From a virus (lineage: Duplodnaviria > Heunggongvirae > Uroviricota > Caudoviricetes): a DNA stretch of 64,000 nt. The DNA lies in the IMG/VR virus record IMGVR_UViG_2861079508_000001, one strand, 5' to 3'. How positions within the stretch are numbered: the first letter of the stretch is position 1; each line of letters begins with the position of its first letter. Under the pieces are notes generated by a model, which saw only the letters and a program-made list of their open reading frames with translations, was not told the origin of the DNA and did no database searches. Below are positions 1-13,599 of the stretch, piece after piece. The position numbers and the translations under genes are program-made.

Positions 1-1095
1 ATGTCCACAAAAAATAAAAAAGGTAAAAATAACAAAGAAGTAGAAGATAACATCGACAACTTTGAAGAAGGTTCCCTTGAATTGTACACAGGGGAACTTG
101 TCCCTAATAGCAACAATACAGTCCAACCAATTGCGTTGATGCGACTGGGGTTGTTCGTCCCCACGCTTAAGGGAACAAAATACAGTAAACGTAACAAGCC
201 AAATGAGATCGATGCTTCAAAGGAGCTTGTCCAGCTCGAAGTAGCCCGTTCTGAAGGCTATTCCGATATCAAGATAACCGGTCCTCGTCTCGACATGGAT
301 CATGATTTCAAAACGTGGGTGGGCGTTGTGCGTTCGCTGGCAGAATACGGCGAACCTAACGGTCGTGTCGAGTTAAGCATCACGAAATTTGCGAAGTTTT
401 GTGGCTATCCATCGTCACAGATCCGCAAAACACTCCGCGACCGGCTTACAAACAGTCTTTTGAAGATCATGCGTACAACTCTGTCTTTCCAGAGAACGTA
501 TGAAGAAAAGAACGTCGACGGCTCTAACAAGATCTCGCTTCTGATGGTGCACCTCATCAATAGCGTGGACTACAACGAGCAGAAAGATACGGTGGTGTTC
601 TATGCAGAACCGAAGCTGGCCGAACTATATCGCTTTGACCATAAGGTTCTTTTGCAGTTAAAGGTTATCAATAAGCTACCACGCAAAGAAACAGCACAGG
701 CTCTGTACACCTTCATCGAAAGTCTTCCAACCAAGCCTGCGCCGGTATCGCTTGCTCGATTGCGTGCGCGACTCAATTTGAGTAGCAGGAATGTCAGCTC
801 GCAGAATCAGACTATACGTAACGGCTTAAAAGCTCTCCAAGATTTGGGCTATCTCGAATACAGCGAGATTAAGCGTGGGCGGTCGATCTATATCCAGATT
901 CACAGCCGCAATCCAAAACTCAAAGTCGCACCGCCAAAACCTGAAGACATCGAACCCAAAAAACCAGATGAGAAAGCCGGGGAAATTGATGCCAAACAGA
1001 ACATTATCAATAAGATAACCGAACTTTCGCAGAATTTGACGCCTGAAAATATCAAGATGATTGAGATCCTTTCCAATAGTCTCAAACTGCTTTGA
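1..1095 (+). CDS. repA: RepA-type iteron-binding plasmid replication initiator (P1/P7 RepA-like)
   Basis: 364-aa ORF starting at window base 1; segments SNNTVQPIALMRLGLFVP, DIKITGPRLDMD, ALYTFIESLP and HSRNPKLK match P1 RepA as I recall it; followed directly by iterons. Confidence 0.85.
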   Translation: MSTKNKKGKNNKEVEDNIDNFEEGSLELYTGELVPNSNNTVQPIALMRLGLFVPTLKGTKYSKRNKPNEIDASKELVQLEVARSEGYSDIKITGPRLDMDHDFKTWVGVVRSLAEYGEPNGRVELSITKFAKFCGYPSSQIRKTLRDRLTNSLLKIMRTTLSFQRTYEEKNVDGSNKISLLMVHLINSVDYNEQKDTVVFYAEPKLAELYRFDHKVLLQLKVINKLPRKETAQALYTFIESLPTKPAPVSLARLRARLNLSSRNVSSQNQTIRNGLKALQDLGYLEYSEIKRGRSIYIQIHSRNPKLKVAPPKPEDIEPKKPDEKAGEIDAKQNIINKITELSQNLTPENIKMIEILSNSLKLL

Positions 1096-1096
1096 T

Positions 1097-1212
1097 ATGC
1101 TGTCAGCGGTGAAATGTATGCTATCAGCGGCTATTTTTCTGAAAAGTATGCTGTGAACGGTTAAAGATATGCTACCAGCGGTATAGTGAGATGAACGTAT
1201 GCTGTGAGCGGT
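1097..1212. repeat. iteron array 1: five direct ~14-bp repeats ATGCT(G/A)(T/C)(C/G)A(G/A)CGGT, starts 1097/1118/1148/1169/1199
   Basis: read directly; same orientation; alternating 21/30-bp spacing; begins 2 bp after repA stop. Confidence 0.85.
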
Positions 1213-1374
1213 AAATCATCTATCACCACTCAATGCTCTGCCATACCTCCCCAGTGGTTACTAACCTCGAAGAGTGCATTCCATATAGGTTTGCGCTCAC
1301 TAACATTCTATTGCTATTGCGCTGATTGCTTGTAGTGAAAGGCATTTATTGCCTGCTACTCCCTGATAGAATGT

Positions 1375-1627
1375 ATGCTGTCAGCGGTGTTTTATTGAGG
1401 AATTTTTGTTTGGATATGCTATCAGCGGTAATTAATGGTATATGTCAGACCTTCGTATGCTGCCAGCGGTAATTTTGTTCTGGTTATACCCATACCGGGA
1501 CACATTATTCATGCAATGTCTTAAGTATGCTGTCAGCGGTAAAAAATCGAGTAAAGTATGCTGTGAGCGGTGAGATAGACTCTCGATATGCTATCAGCGG
1601 TAGTTGATTGTGTATGCTGTCAGCGGT
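1375..1627. repeat. iteron array 2: seven more copies of the same iteron (starts 1375,1416,1457,1527,1558,1588,1614)
   Basis: read directly; incA-like copy-control locus by analogy with P1. Confidence 0.8.
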
Positions 1628-1642
1628 GACGACTATGAAATA

Positions 1643-1666
1643 TGACTGCGGAACGTGCCGCAGTCA
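1643..1666. terminator. hairpin TGACTGCGG-aacgtg-CCGCAGTCA after the iterons; possible terminator
   Basis: perfect 9-bp inverted repeat; weak T-tract. Confidence 0.35.
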
Positions 1667-1674
1667 GTTTGCAT

Positions 1675-1887
1675 TTAGTGTATTTTCTTTAACAGACCCC
1701 AAAGTGTTCCGGCTTTTGTAGTCAGTTTTCCTGTTTCTGGATCGTACATACGCCATTCACGCCGCTGGTGGACGATATACCCATCTTCACGTTCCAGACG
1801 CTCAAGAATGCCAGGCTGCTTGAAACCCTTAGCACGCCAGTAGCCGCTTGTTTTCTCGATTTCCAGACCTGCCAGTGTTAATGCCAT
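1675..1887 (-). CDS. hypothetical protein (70 aa)
   Basis: ORF in track; stop overlaps start of upstream gene; no recognisable motif. Confidence 0.4.
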   Translation of the reverse strand: MALTLAGLEIEKTSGYWRAKGFKQPGILERLEREDGYIVHQRREWRMYDPETGKLTTKAGTLWGLLKKIH

Positions 1888-2222
1888 TACCCAACCTCCT
1901 TGCAGTCATCGAAAAGGTAGCTGTCGTTCTTCGCGTGAACGCCGTATACATCACCCGATTTGTTGTAAACGAACCTATCTTTACCTACGCCAGATAGTTC
2001 GCCGTTACGTTTAGTGAGAAACGGGGAAGACAGGACGCGATCATCGCGTACCACATAAAACTGTTCGCCACGGTCCACAACCATCGCGCCGTAATTAGCT
2101 TTAACGGCGTTGCGGATCAGGCCGTTTTTCGCTTCGACCACAAACATTTCGCACTCATAGACATGTGTGTCCGCAAAGACGGGGAGAGTGAGCAGCGCCA
2201 GTACCAGGGCTGTTTTCTTCAT
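1887..2222 (-). CDS. secreted hypothetical protein with N-terminal signal peptide
   Basis: N-terminus MKKTALVLALLTLPVFA is signal-peptide-like; 111 aa. Confidence 0.5.
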   Translation of the reverse strand: MKKTALVLALLTLPVFADTHVYECEMFVVEAKNGLIRNAVKANYGAMVVDRGEQFYVVRDDRVLSSPFLTKRNGELSGVGKDRFVYNKSGDVYGVHAKNDSYLFDDCKEVG

Positions 2223-2436
2223 GCCACGACTCCTTTGAAAACGCCTAATGCTGAGTCGAAGACCAGTACTACGGCCAGCGCATTGATCATCACATCATTA
2301 ACAGGCGCCAGCGCTTTACGGATTGCCCCTGTGAAGATGCAGTCGAGCACAAAGGCTATCGAGATAATAAGTAACGTGATATCTAATAAAATTTTCACGA
2401 TAGGTAAATGCTAACTTATATATTTTGCTGTAAATA

Positions 2437-2775
2437 TCACTCAAAAGTGCTGATACCCAAAATGCGCTCAAGATGGGCCGCGTCTTCATCGCTTACCAGC
2501 ATTGTGTCGTCTACGTACCAGCAGCTACCGTTGTGCCAACAAACACCGTCATCATCGATATAAATAGAATCCGCATCCATTCCTGTGTATTCAACTAGAT
2601 TGCGTTCAATTGCCGCTTGAATTTCTTCATCGTTCAGCCCGTCGCACTTGATCATGAACAACGGGTAAACGTCATAGTCGGTACTAGATGAAATGCGAAC
2701 CAAAGTCTTCATGTGTTTTCTCCTTGTTGGTAAGTACTTATCTATCTTAATGGGCGCTATAAGGCGCACAATCAT
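2437..2775 (-). CDS. hypothetical protein; real start probably ATG at 2712 (MKTLVRISS...)
   Basis: GGAG ribosome-binding site a few bases upstream of the ATG at 2712; track start is a longer alternative. Confidence 0.4.
   Translation of the reverse strand: MIVRLIAPIKIDKYLPTRRKHMKTLVRISSSTDYDVYPLFMIKCDGLNDEEIQAAIERNLVEYTGMDADSIYIDDDGVCWHNGSCWYVDDTMLVSDEDAAHLERILGISTFE
2729..2746. promoter_or_regulatory. motif B (inverted ATAAGT/ACTTAT hexamers) upstream of 2437..2712 gene
   Basis: GGTAAGTACTTATCTATC read directly. Confidence 0.4.
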
Positions 2776-2891
2776 TGTGTTCAGGCTGGTGGAAAGAACT
2801 TCTCCAGCGTGTGGTTGATAGCCTTATCAATGTGCATCAGGTGCCAGACGACCATATCTTTGCTTCCAATGCCGCGAGTGTAGATGAAGTG

Positions 2892-6610
<3,719 letters not shown>

Positions 6611-6624
6611 AATTGTAAGTTCCC

Positions 6625-7788
6625 TTAATCAAAATTCTTCTGTTTCATTGCCTCAGCCGCTTTTTGCAGCGGTCCTTTTAAGGCTTTTTCTAACTTTGTC
6701 ATCTGCTCTAAGTGCCACGCAACCGCTTGGGGCCAAGTCTCTTTGTTAAACCCGTCAGCTTTGGTCGAAAACTGGATACGGCAAGATTTCTTCTCATCCA
6801 GCCTCATCCACTCAAGTTCTGCACCAAAAGTATGCTCAATGTCTTGTTTGGACTGACTCAACAAATCAAAAAGGTATTTATTCTCTTCGGTAACCCCACG
6901 GCTGATCCAAAGCTCTACTCGAAGCTCTTTTTGCAGAAATATCAGGTTATACGGACATCCACTTAGCCCTGAGCCTGCTGATAACCAATGATCTTTGCTT
7001 GGGCTAATGTTGTTATAGAGTTGGCAAGAGCTTTTCTGAAACGCCTCTAAGGCACGCTCCCAGTACTCGCGACGCACGGTATGGCGGTTTTTTAGTACCA
7101 CTTCGGTGGTTTTTTCTTCCGCTTCCTTGGCATTAATGCCGATCATCAACTCTTTCGCTTCTGGCGTTGGAATGATCTGGTCAATATTAATCAGTAGCTG
7201 TTCACCCAGTGAATAAGGCGTGATTTTGAAGCAGGCAATGCTAATGCCTTGACCCAATAACCACAGCGCGGTGCTGGTCACTTCTTTGCGAAAGTTTGCC
7301 GCAACTAACATAATGCGCTGGCTGTTACCCAGGTTGAGCTTTAACTCATCGAGATCGGGCGCATCCAAAAACTCACATATTCTAGCAGAGGCACTTGCAG
7401 GGGTATTAAACAAGTCAACCTCTCCTGTTACAGGCTCATAGCGGTCTAAGTACTGCTGGTAAATTTCAACGATTTGCGCTTTGGTTAAACTTGCGCAGTA
7501 GGAGGCATATTTAAGCGCCTGCCACACCACATCGCGGCCACTGTCGTCCAGCTTGTTTTCAATAATGACCAAGTTGCCATCTTTATCCAGTGCCAGTAAA
7601 TCTAAGCGTTCACGGGTGTCATCAAAGCCATCGAACTCTTTTTGAATAATCAGCAGCTCTTCACCCAGTGCGGAAGGCTCGTGTGCCAACCATTCCTGAA
7701 GATTTTTGCGCTCAGTAAAGCCCAACTCACTGAATCTCTTCGTCTTAACCGGACTAATCCTGTTGGTCTGATGATTTACCGTGAACAT
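6625..7788 (-). CDS. PD-(D/E)xK nuclease-like protein embedded in the type I R-M operon (DUF4268-like)
   Basis: 387 aa; N-terminal LDLLALDKDGNLVIIENK fits a D...ExK nuclease motif; 9-14 bp gaps to hsdS and hsdR; family assignment from memory. Confidence 0.5.
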   Translation of the reverse strand: MFTVNHQTNRISPVKTKRFSELGFTERKNLQEWLAHEPSALGEELLIIQKEFDGFDDTRERLDLLALDKDGNLVIIENKLDDSGRDVVWQALKYASYCASLTKAQIVEIYQQYLDRYEPVTGEVDLFNTPASASARICEFLDAPDLDELKLNLGNSQRIMLVAANFRKEVTSTALWLLGQGISIACFKITPYSLGEQLLINIDQIIPTPEAKELMIGINAKEAEEKTTEVVLKNRHTVRREYWERALEAFQKSSCQLYNNISPSKDHWLSAGSGLSGCPYNLIFLQKELRVELWISRGVTEENKYLFDLLSQSKQDIEHTFGAELEWMRLDEKKSCRIQFSTKADGFNKETWPQAVAWHLEQMTKLEKALKGPLQKAAEAMKQKNFD

Positions 7789-7797
7789 ATTCGCTTC

Positions 7798-9126
7798 CTA
7801 TTGCTCAACCATTTCTGGGGTGATCTTGATTTTTCCTGTCACGGCGCTGTTGATCAGGGTGGTTTTATATTCTTTAAGCTTTTCGATTTGTATTTTTTGA
7901 TACTCTATAGCTCGCTCAACATCACCATTTAATCTGTTAATGTACGTAATAATTCCATCTCGTTCATTTTTAGAAGGGGGGAAAGGCACAAAAATGCTAT
8001 TAAGATTCCCCACTGTAAGCTGATTAATTGTTGATGTAAGAAATGTCCCTGATAACATTTTGAAAACATCACTATTTAGAATGCAAAATAAATACTCATT
8101 GTGTTTAGATCTGAATACCGTAGTAAAGGCCCCGAAGCTGTTTCCCTCATCAGCGTCAGATACAAATGCACACTTGCCAATTAGGTCTCGACTTCCATTC
8201 CTGGAGCATATCAAAATATCACCTTTTTTAAGCTTTAAGTGCTCAGGAATAAAGCAATTGACATAAACATTTTCCTTTTCACCATACTTAAACTTCCCTT
8301 CGTATAAGTTTGATGATCGCGCAACTAGAGTTCCGCCTTTTTCATCACTTAAATCATTTGGCGAATAAGTTAACCCAATGATCGATTTACCAAGATATTT
8401 TAACCTCTTAACGTCCCAATGCGCTGGAATCTTACCAATCCAATCCACACCGGAGTCTTTCATTGGCACATTGGGATCAAGCCCTTGGGTCACCGCCTGT
8501 TGGATGATGATCTGCTTACGCTCTTTCAGCAGGCTAATTTGCTGCTCTTTGATCGAAATCGCTTCGTCGATTAGAGCGGTTTTCTTGTCGAGGAAGCAGG
8601 CAATTAGAAGTTGTTCCTCGGTTGGTGGCAAAAATACCAAGGCTCGTTTTAATTGAGGCCAATATAGGTTTCTCTGAATTGTTCCTACACCTTTTGAGCT
8701 AACTAAGTAATTAGCCACCATTGCCCCATCTCTGAACAGATAGTTACCAAAGCGGGGAACTATATCTTCCGATAAAGAAAGAACTAAGTAAGCTGGGCTG
8801 ACTATTCCTCGGTAATCAGAAACACCGACTGAACCACGCCAAGCTTGCTGATTATTTAAAACAAAGTCACCTGGATCTACCAACTGATACTTAGTCAGAT
8901 CCGAACTGGTTGTATTTGTACGTTTTGCATCAACGTCATCGAATTTTATTACTCCTTTGTCCAAATAGACTGATAGAAGCTCTTCATTTTCATTATTAGA
9001 AATAGATTTTAATTTTGATTTTGCGCACAAAGGAAATGAATTCCAGTGAACTGGTATGGCCCCTATCCATTCAACACCTGAATCTTTATAAGCCTCATAT
9101 TTCGGCATTTCAGAAATCTTCATCAT
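7798..9126 (-). CDS. hsdS: type I restriction-modification specificity subunit (HsdS), two target-recognition domains
   Basis: 442 aa; duplicated (V/I)(E/D)WIG.IP.HW signatures at N-terminus and mid-protein; between hsdM and hsdR. Confidence 0.85.
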   Translation of the reverse strand: MMKISEMPKYEAYKDSGVEWIGAIPVHWNSFPLCAKSKLKSISNNENEELLSVYLDKGVIKFDDVDAKRTNTTSSDLTKYQLVDPGDFVLNNQQAWRGSVGVSDYRGIVSPAYLVLSLSEDIVPRFGNYLFRDGAMVANYLVSSKGVGTIQRNLYWPQLKRALVFLPPTEEQLLIACFLDKKTALIDEAISIKEQQISLLKERKQIIIQQAVTQGLDPNVPMKDSGVDWIGKIPAHWDVKRLKYLGKSIIGLTYSPNDLSDEKGGTLVARSSNLYEGKFKYGEKENVYVNCFIPEHLKLKKGDILICSRNGSRDLIGKCAFVSDADEGNSFGAFTTVFRSKHNEYLFCILNSDVFKMLSGTFLTSTINQLTVGNLNSIFVPFPPSKNERDGIITYINRLNGDVERAIEYQKIQIEKLKEYKTTLINSAVTGKIKITPEMVEQ

Positions 9127-9132
9127 AACGAC

Positions 9133-11592
9133 TTACCCCTGAACCTTTTTTACTTCCGCACCAAGAATCTGCGCAATCAAACCTTCGGCTTTTTGTTCTA
9201 GGTTGATGATGTCGGTTGCGACCTCTTCTAAACTACGCAGCGGTTTATGACGGTAGAAATACTTATTGAAGCTGATTTCATAGCCAATTTTTACCGTATC
9301 TAGGTTTATCCATGCTTCATCGACATGAGGCTTCACTTCATCTAGGAAGTACTGGTAAATGCTTTGCTTTAATGGAACAGATTCTGTATCTCGCAGGTCT
9401 GAATTGGTCTCGTAAGTGATATACTCGCCTTTTTTACCGCCTTCTGCTGAAGGAACGGGGTAATAACCAAAATCTGGCAAGTCAGCGACTTCACACTCAT
9501 AGCGCTCCAGCAGGTCGTTTAATTTATCACCCGTTAATTTAACTACCTTTTTAACCACTTTCTTGGCGGTTTCGTCATACCAGCTCACCGCGTGAAGAAT
9601 GGCATTTTTCTCAGGTGCTGAAAGCTTAATAGCATGGGCTTTTAGCGATTTATCAACTTGGGTTTTAAAGCTATTGAAGTCATCAAATTCAATGCTACCG
9701 ATGTCAGCCATCAGCGTTTGTGCAGTTTCAAGCAATGCTTTTAGCGCCAGCCAGTGTTTCACATCAAGCAGTTTGGCCTTAGCCTTAGCATTGAGACTGA
9801 TGTCGTTATCTTCACACCAAGAAAGAATGTCTTTCTCGATGGATTTTAAGAAGCTCTTTTTCTGATCTGACCCGTAGCCAGTTTTTTCGTAAACACGTTC
9901 GCCGTGCTCTGCGTACACGTACTCCATCACTTCACTAAGTTGCTTATCAAAACGCAGTGGGGCTATGGCATCTTGAGTAAACTTGGCTTTGCGGCGATCT
10001 GGGCGCTCGATAGTGACTTTGTAGTAGCCAAAATCGTCATTGCTGAATACCTTACTGGCGATGCCAACAGGATCATTGTTTGCATCCAGTGCTCTTTCAA
10101 CATCCTTACACGCGAGGTAAGTATCGGTAATTTCCGTGATGTGCTCAGGCGCAAATTCGCAGTTTTTGTTACCTAAGTTCTTGCGCAACTTACGGTAGAG
10201 CAAGCTGGCATCAATTAATTGCACCTTACCTTTACGCGCCTCAGGTTTATTGTTGTTCAACACCCAAATGTAAGTGGTAATGCCAGTGTTATAGAACAGG
10301 TTATTAGGTAACTGAACGATGGCATCTAGCATGTCGTTTTCAATGATGAAGCGACGAATATTACTTTCGCCACCGCCCGCATCACCGGTAAAGAGCGATG
10401 AGCCGTTATGAACAGAGGCAATCCGGCTGCCTAATGGACTTACGCTCGGATCTTTCATCTTGTTGACCATCTCCATTAAGAAAAGCAGCTGGCCATCACT
10501 CGAACGTGGCGTGGCATCCACCACTTCGAGATTTCCCCAATAGTCTTTCAGGCTAACCTTAAAACGCGGGTCAATCACATCGCTGCCGTCTTTAATGTAC
10601 TTCTGTTCAGACGCCCAACTCTTACCGTATGGCGGGTTAGACAACATAAAGTCAAAGCGAGAAGCCGCAAACTCGTCGGTAGACAAGGTTGAGCCTACCT
10701 TGATGTTCTCAGGGTTGTTACCTTTGATCATCATGTCCGATTTACAAATCGCGTAGGTCTCGTCATTGATCTCTTTGCCGTAAAGGTAAATATCTCGGCT
10801 GTCGTTCGGGTATTTCTCTTCAATGAAGTTTTGAGATTCAGTGAGCATACCACCGCTACCACACGCAGGGTCGTAAACGGTCATGGTCAATGGTAGCTGC
10901 TCTTTCACTGGGTCAAAAACCAAGTGTGTCATCAGCTCAATCACTTCCCTAGGTGTAAAGTGCTCACCGGCTTCTTCGTTATTCTCCTCGTTGAACTTAC
11001 GGATCAACTCTTCGAACACGTACCCCATACCCAGGTTAGTAAGGGCTGGCATCTTGTTGCCATCTGGGTCTTCGATCGTTTCATGAGTTAAGTTGATGTA
11101 AGGGGAAACAAACTTTTCGACGACATCAAGAAGGACTTGCTTTGAGGCCATGTGACGAATTTGCGACTTGAGGTTAAAGCATTCAATGATTTCTTTAACA
11201 TTATCGCTAAAGCCAAGCAGGTACTCTTCAAAGTTGGCGAGTAATATCTGTTGGTTATTCGTTGCGGTGTTGAACAGGGATTTCAGGGTCCATTTAGATG
11301 TATTGTAAAAAACATAACCACTAGCCGCCTTCAATGGTTCATCATCAAGCTCCGTGGCTTGCATCTCTTCTTTTTGGAACTTGACCTCTTCAAGCACGGC
11401 TTCTTTGGTGGGTTCAAGTAACGTATCTAAACGTCGTAATACCACCATAGGTAAAATCACATCGCGGTACTTACCGCGAACGTACACATCACGTAAACAG
11501 TCGTCGGCAATGTTCCATATAAATGAGATGAGCTTGTTATGTACACTATGATCCATTTTCTTTTCCTGTTCAGTGTTGGTTGCACCCCACAA
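9133..11592 (-). CDS. hsdM: type I R-M N6-adenine DNA methyltransferase (HsdM) with long C-terminal extension; start probably MDHSV (about 11556)
   Basis: AdoMet motif DPACGSGGML and catalytic NPPYG; N-terminal IWNIADDCLR HsdM-N signature; about 800 aa versus roughly 520 typical. Confidence 0.85.
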   Translation of the reverse strand: MWGATNTEQEKKMDHSVHNKLISFIWNIADDCLRDVYVRGKYRDVILPMVVLRRLDTLLEPTKEAVLEEVKFQKEEMQATELDDEPLKAASGYVFYNTSKWTLKSLFNTATNNQQILLANFEEYLLGFSDNVKEIIECFNLKSQIRHMASKQVLLDVVEKFVSPYINLTHETIEDPDGNKMPALTNLGMGYVFEELIRKFNEENNEEAGEHFTPREVIELMTHLVFDPVKEQLPLTMTVYDPACGSGGMLTESQNFIEEKYPNDSRDIYLYGKEINDETYAICKSDMMIKGNNPENIKVGSTLSTDEFAASRFDFMLSNPPYGKSWASEQKYIKDGSDVIDPRFKVSLKDYWGNLEVVDATPRSSDGQLLFLMEMVNKMKDPSVSPLGSRIASVHNGSSLFTGDAGGGESNIRRFIIENDMLDAIVQLPNNLFYNTGITTYIWVLNNNKPEARKGKVQLIDASLLYRKLRKNLGNKNCEFAPEHITEITDTYLACKDVERALDANNDPVGIASKVFSNDDFGYYKVTIERPDRRKAKFTQDAIAPLRFDKQLSEVMEYVYAEHGERVYEKTGYGSDQKKSFLKSIEKDILSWCEDNDISLNAKAKAKLLDVKHWLALKALLETAQTLMADIGSIEFDDFNSFKTQVDKSLKAHAIKLSAPEKNAILHAVSWYDETAKKVVKKVVKLTGDKLNDLLERYECEVADLPDFGYYPVPSAEGGKKGEYITYETNSDLRDTESVPLKQSIYQYFLDEVKPHVDEAWINLDTVKIGYEISFNKYFYRHKPLRSLEEVATDIINLEQKAEGLIAQILGAEVKKVQG

Positions 11593-11764
11593 AGTTGCTG
11601 CAACGGCTTCACTATAAATTTAAAATTCTGTTCTTTCTGTAACGCCTAAATGGCCGCTACATCGTTCGATTAACTTGTTCTACCCGGCGCTAGATTTAAG
11701 TTTATGACACCATAAAGTGAATCGCCACAGGTTTAACAGACACCTCAGAGTCATTTAAGATGAC

Positions 11765-11956
11765 TTAAAGAGAGGTGTACAGCTCGGTATTCAGACCAGT
11801 CCACTGACGGCCAACGCCGACAACTTCACCGATACCTTTGTCTTCACCCAATTTGTTTACTTTGATGCCAACGTACCCAGGCTCAACACGATCGCAGCCT
11901 GTAAGACCCATTGTGCAAACAGCAGCCACGATCACTGCCAGTAAACCTTTCTTCAT
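11765..11956 (-). CDS. small lipoprotein (63 aa)
   Basis: N-terminus MKKGLLAVIVAAVCTMGLTGC has a lipobox. Confidence 0.5.
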   Translation of the reverse strand: MKKGLLAVIVAAVCTMGLTGCDRVEPGYVGIKVNKLGEDKGIGEVVGVGRQWTGLNTELYTSL

Positions 11957-11959
11957 TAC

Positions 11960-12160
11960 TTACTTCCCCTTCGAATTAATTAGTGACTTCAGAAAGTTAC
12001 GACCAACATTAAAGCCGATAACAGGAGCGCCAAAAGCAACAATGATTCCAAGCATTACGGCAATATCGCTTTTAGCCGAGATCAGCGACGGAACCAGCAA
12101 ACAGTAGATGAAAACTACAGATATACCTGTAGCCACTGCCATCAGATAGAGTTTGATCAT
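11960..12160 (-). CDS. small integral membrane protein (66 aa)
   Basis: two hydrophobic helices; 4 bp from the lipoprotein gene. Confidence 0.45.
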   Translation of the reverse strand: MIKLYLMAVATGISVVFIYCLLVPSLISAKSDIAVMLGIIVAFGAPVIGFNVGRNFLKSLINSKGK

Positions 12161-12250
12161 GTGTTTTCCTATGTGGCTATTGTGTGTAGATGGTGAGTAA
12201 GTGTTTATATATTTTCAAGGTATAAAGGCGTCCATTCGGACGCCTGAAAA

Positions 12251-13324
12251 TTAATCTTCTAATTCATCTGTCGGTGATGTCTTCTCGCGCCTGTCATCTA
12301 TTGCCTGTAACGCAGCAATGATTTCAGCTAATGGCTTCTCCCGGTACATCTCGACGATCTGTGATTTGGTGTATTTCTTCTCGCCAATTTCCACACGCCC
12401 GCTGGCGCTCTTGGGCAGGTATCCTTCCTCCAGCATGTATTCAACCAGAGACTCGACGACGTCCAGCCCGCGAGTCGGGTCGAAGTAGAATTTCCATGAG
12501 CATTTGCCAAACGGAGGCGCGACTTTGTTTTTAATGCACTCGGCGCCAACGTCCTGTCCGATCTTCTCTTTGCCATCCTTCATGACGGATGCACCCAGAC
12601 GGATGCGCACCGACGCGTAGAACTTCGGAGAGTCGCCACCCGGAGACGTAGTCGGATCGCCAAACATCACACCAATTTTGGTACGCACCTGGTTCAAGAA
12701 GATGATGCACGCGTTGTACTTACGCGCCCAAAGCGCCAGAGTAGGGAAGTTCGCACTTGTCGCGCGCGCCAGCGCCGTGTTGTCGTTCATGTTCAGCTGA
12801 TCTTTGTCTTTCGCAGTGCCTTCTGCCATCTTGTCGAACTTCTCAGCCTTCGAGTTCGGAACCATCGACGCCAGAGAGTCGGCTACGATGCAGATAGGGG
12901 CTGTTTCCGGAATAAGCTCTTCGTCGCGCACCAGCTTGAGGATTGTGCCGATCAGCTCTACGGAGTCTTCGAAGGTATCCGGCTGTTTGTAGACCCACTG
13001 ACCGTCATCCTCATCTGCGTTCAGGCCATTGGCTACAGCCAGGCCAACGTCAAAACTGTTTTCATGATCGAGGAATACCGCCAGACCATCTTGTTTTTGA
13101 GCGGAGATCATCGCTGCTGTTGCAAGGAACGTTTTCCCTGCACTTGGAGGACCGAATACTTCGACGATACGACCACATGGGAAGCCGCCATCGTAACGAC
13201 CAGAAATAGCTTTGTTTAACGGTGGAAAGCCTGTATCAATCCAATAAGTTACTTTCTGAATTTCGTCGTTGCTACCGATTTTCTTTTTCAGAGCAAGTGC
13301 CAGTGCGGATTTTCCTTTTGCCAT
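12251..13324 (-). CDS. RecA-family recombinase (UvsX/Sak4-like)
   Basis: 357 aa; Walker A GPPSAGKT; RecA-like core. Confidence 0.7.
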   Translation of the reverse strand: MAKGKSALALALKKKIGSNDEIQKVTYWIDTGFPPLNKAISGRYDGGFPCGRIVEVFGPPSAGKTFLATAAMISAQKQDGLAVFLDHENSFDVGLAVANGLNADEDDGQWVYKQPDTFEDSVELIGTILKLVRDEELIPETAPICIVADSLASMVPNSKAEKFDKMAEGTAKDKDQLNMNDNTALARATSANFPTLALWARKYNACIIFLNQVRTKIGVMFGDPTTSPGGDSPKFYASVRIRLGASVMKDGKEKIGQDVGAECIKNKVAPPFGKCSWKFYFDPTRGLDVVESLVEYMLEEGYLPKSASGRVEIGEKKYTKSQIVEMYREKPLAEIIAALQAIDDRREKTSPTDELED

Positions 13325-13326
13325 GA

Positions 13327-13599
13327 TCAGGCTCCTTTTGTTTCGTTGATTCGTTTTAAAGCGGCGGATTCGTCGAATACAATCGCATCGTGGTTAAGGA
13401 GTCTGGATACACGAGCGAGGATTTTTACGACCTGCTCGCTGACTAATCCAAACTCGCGATCTGTCGCTTTCATTCCGGCAGCGCCTAGAATTGACGGCAG
13501 TGCGATGACAGCGTACTCACCGTGATAAAAGACAATCTCTTTTGCCAGTTGGGCAGGGGTGGTTGTAGCGCCATTGATAATCGATTTAAGCATTAGCAA
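13327..13599 (-). CDS. hypothetical protein (90 aa)
   Basis: ORF between exonuclease and recombinase genes. Confidence 0.35.
   Translation of the reverse strand: MLMLKSIINGATTTPAQLAKEIVFYHGEYAVIALPSILGAAGMKATDREFGLVSEQVVKILARVSRLLNHDAIVFDESAALKRINETKGA

Noticed and set aside
1097-1627. Possible CRISPR array (short direct repeats with spacers)
   Set aside because: Repeats are only ~14 bp, spacers are irregular (6-55 bp), no cas genes, and they directly follow a RepA gene; these are plasmid iterons.
12226-12245. Hairpin AGGCGTCC-attc-GGACGCCT just after the recA-like stop as an intrinsic terminator
   Set aside because: No convincing U-tract on either strand; kept only as a possible structure.
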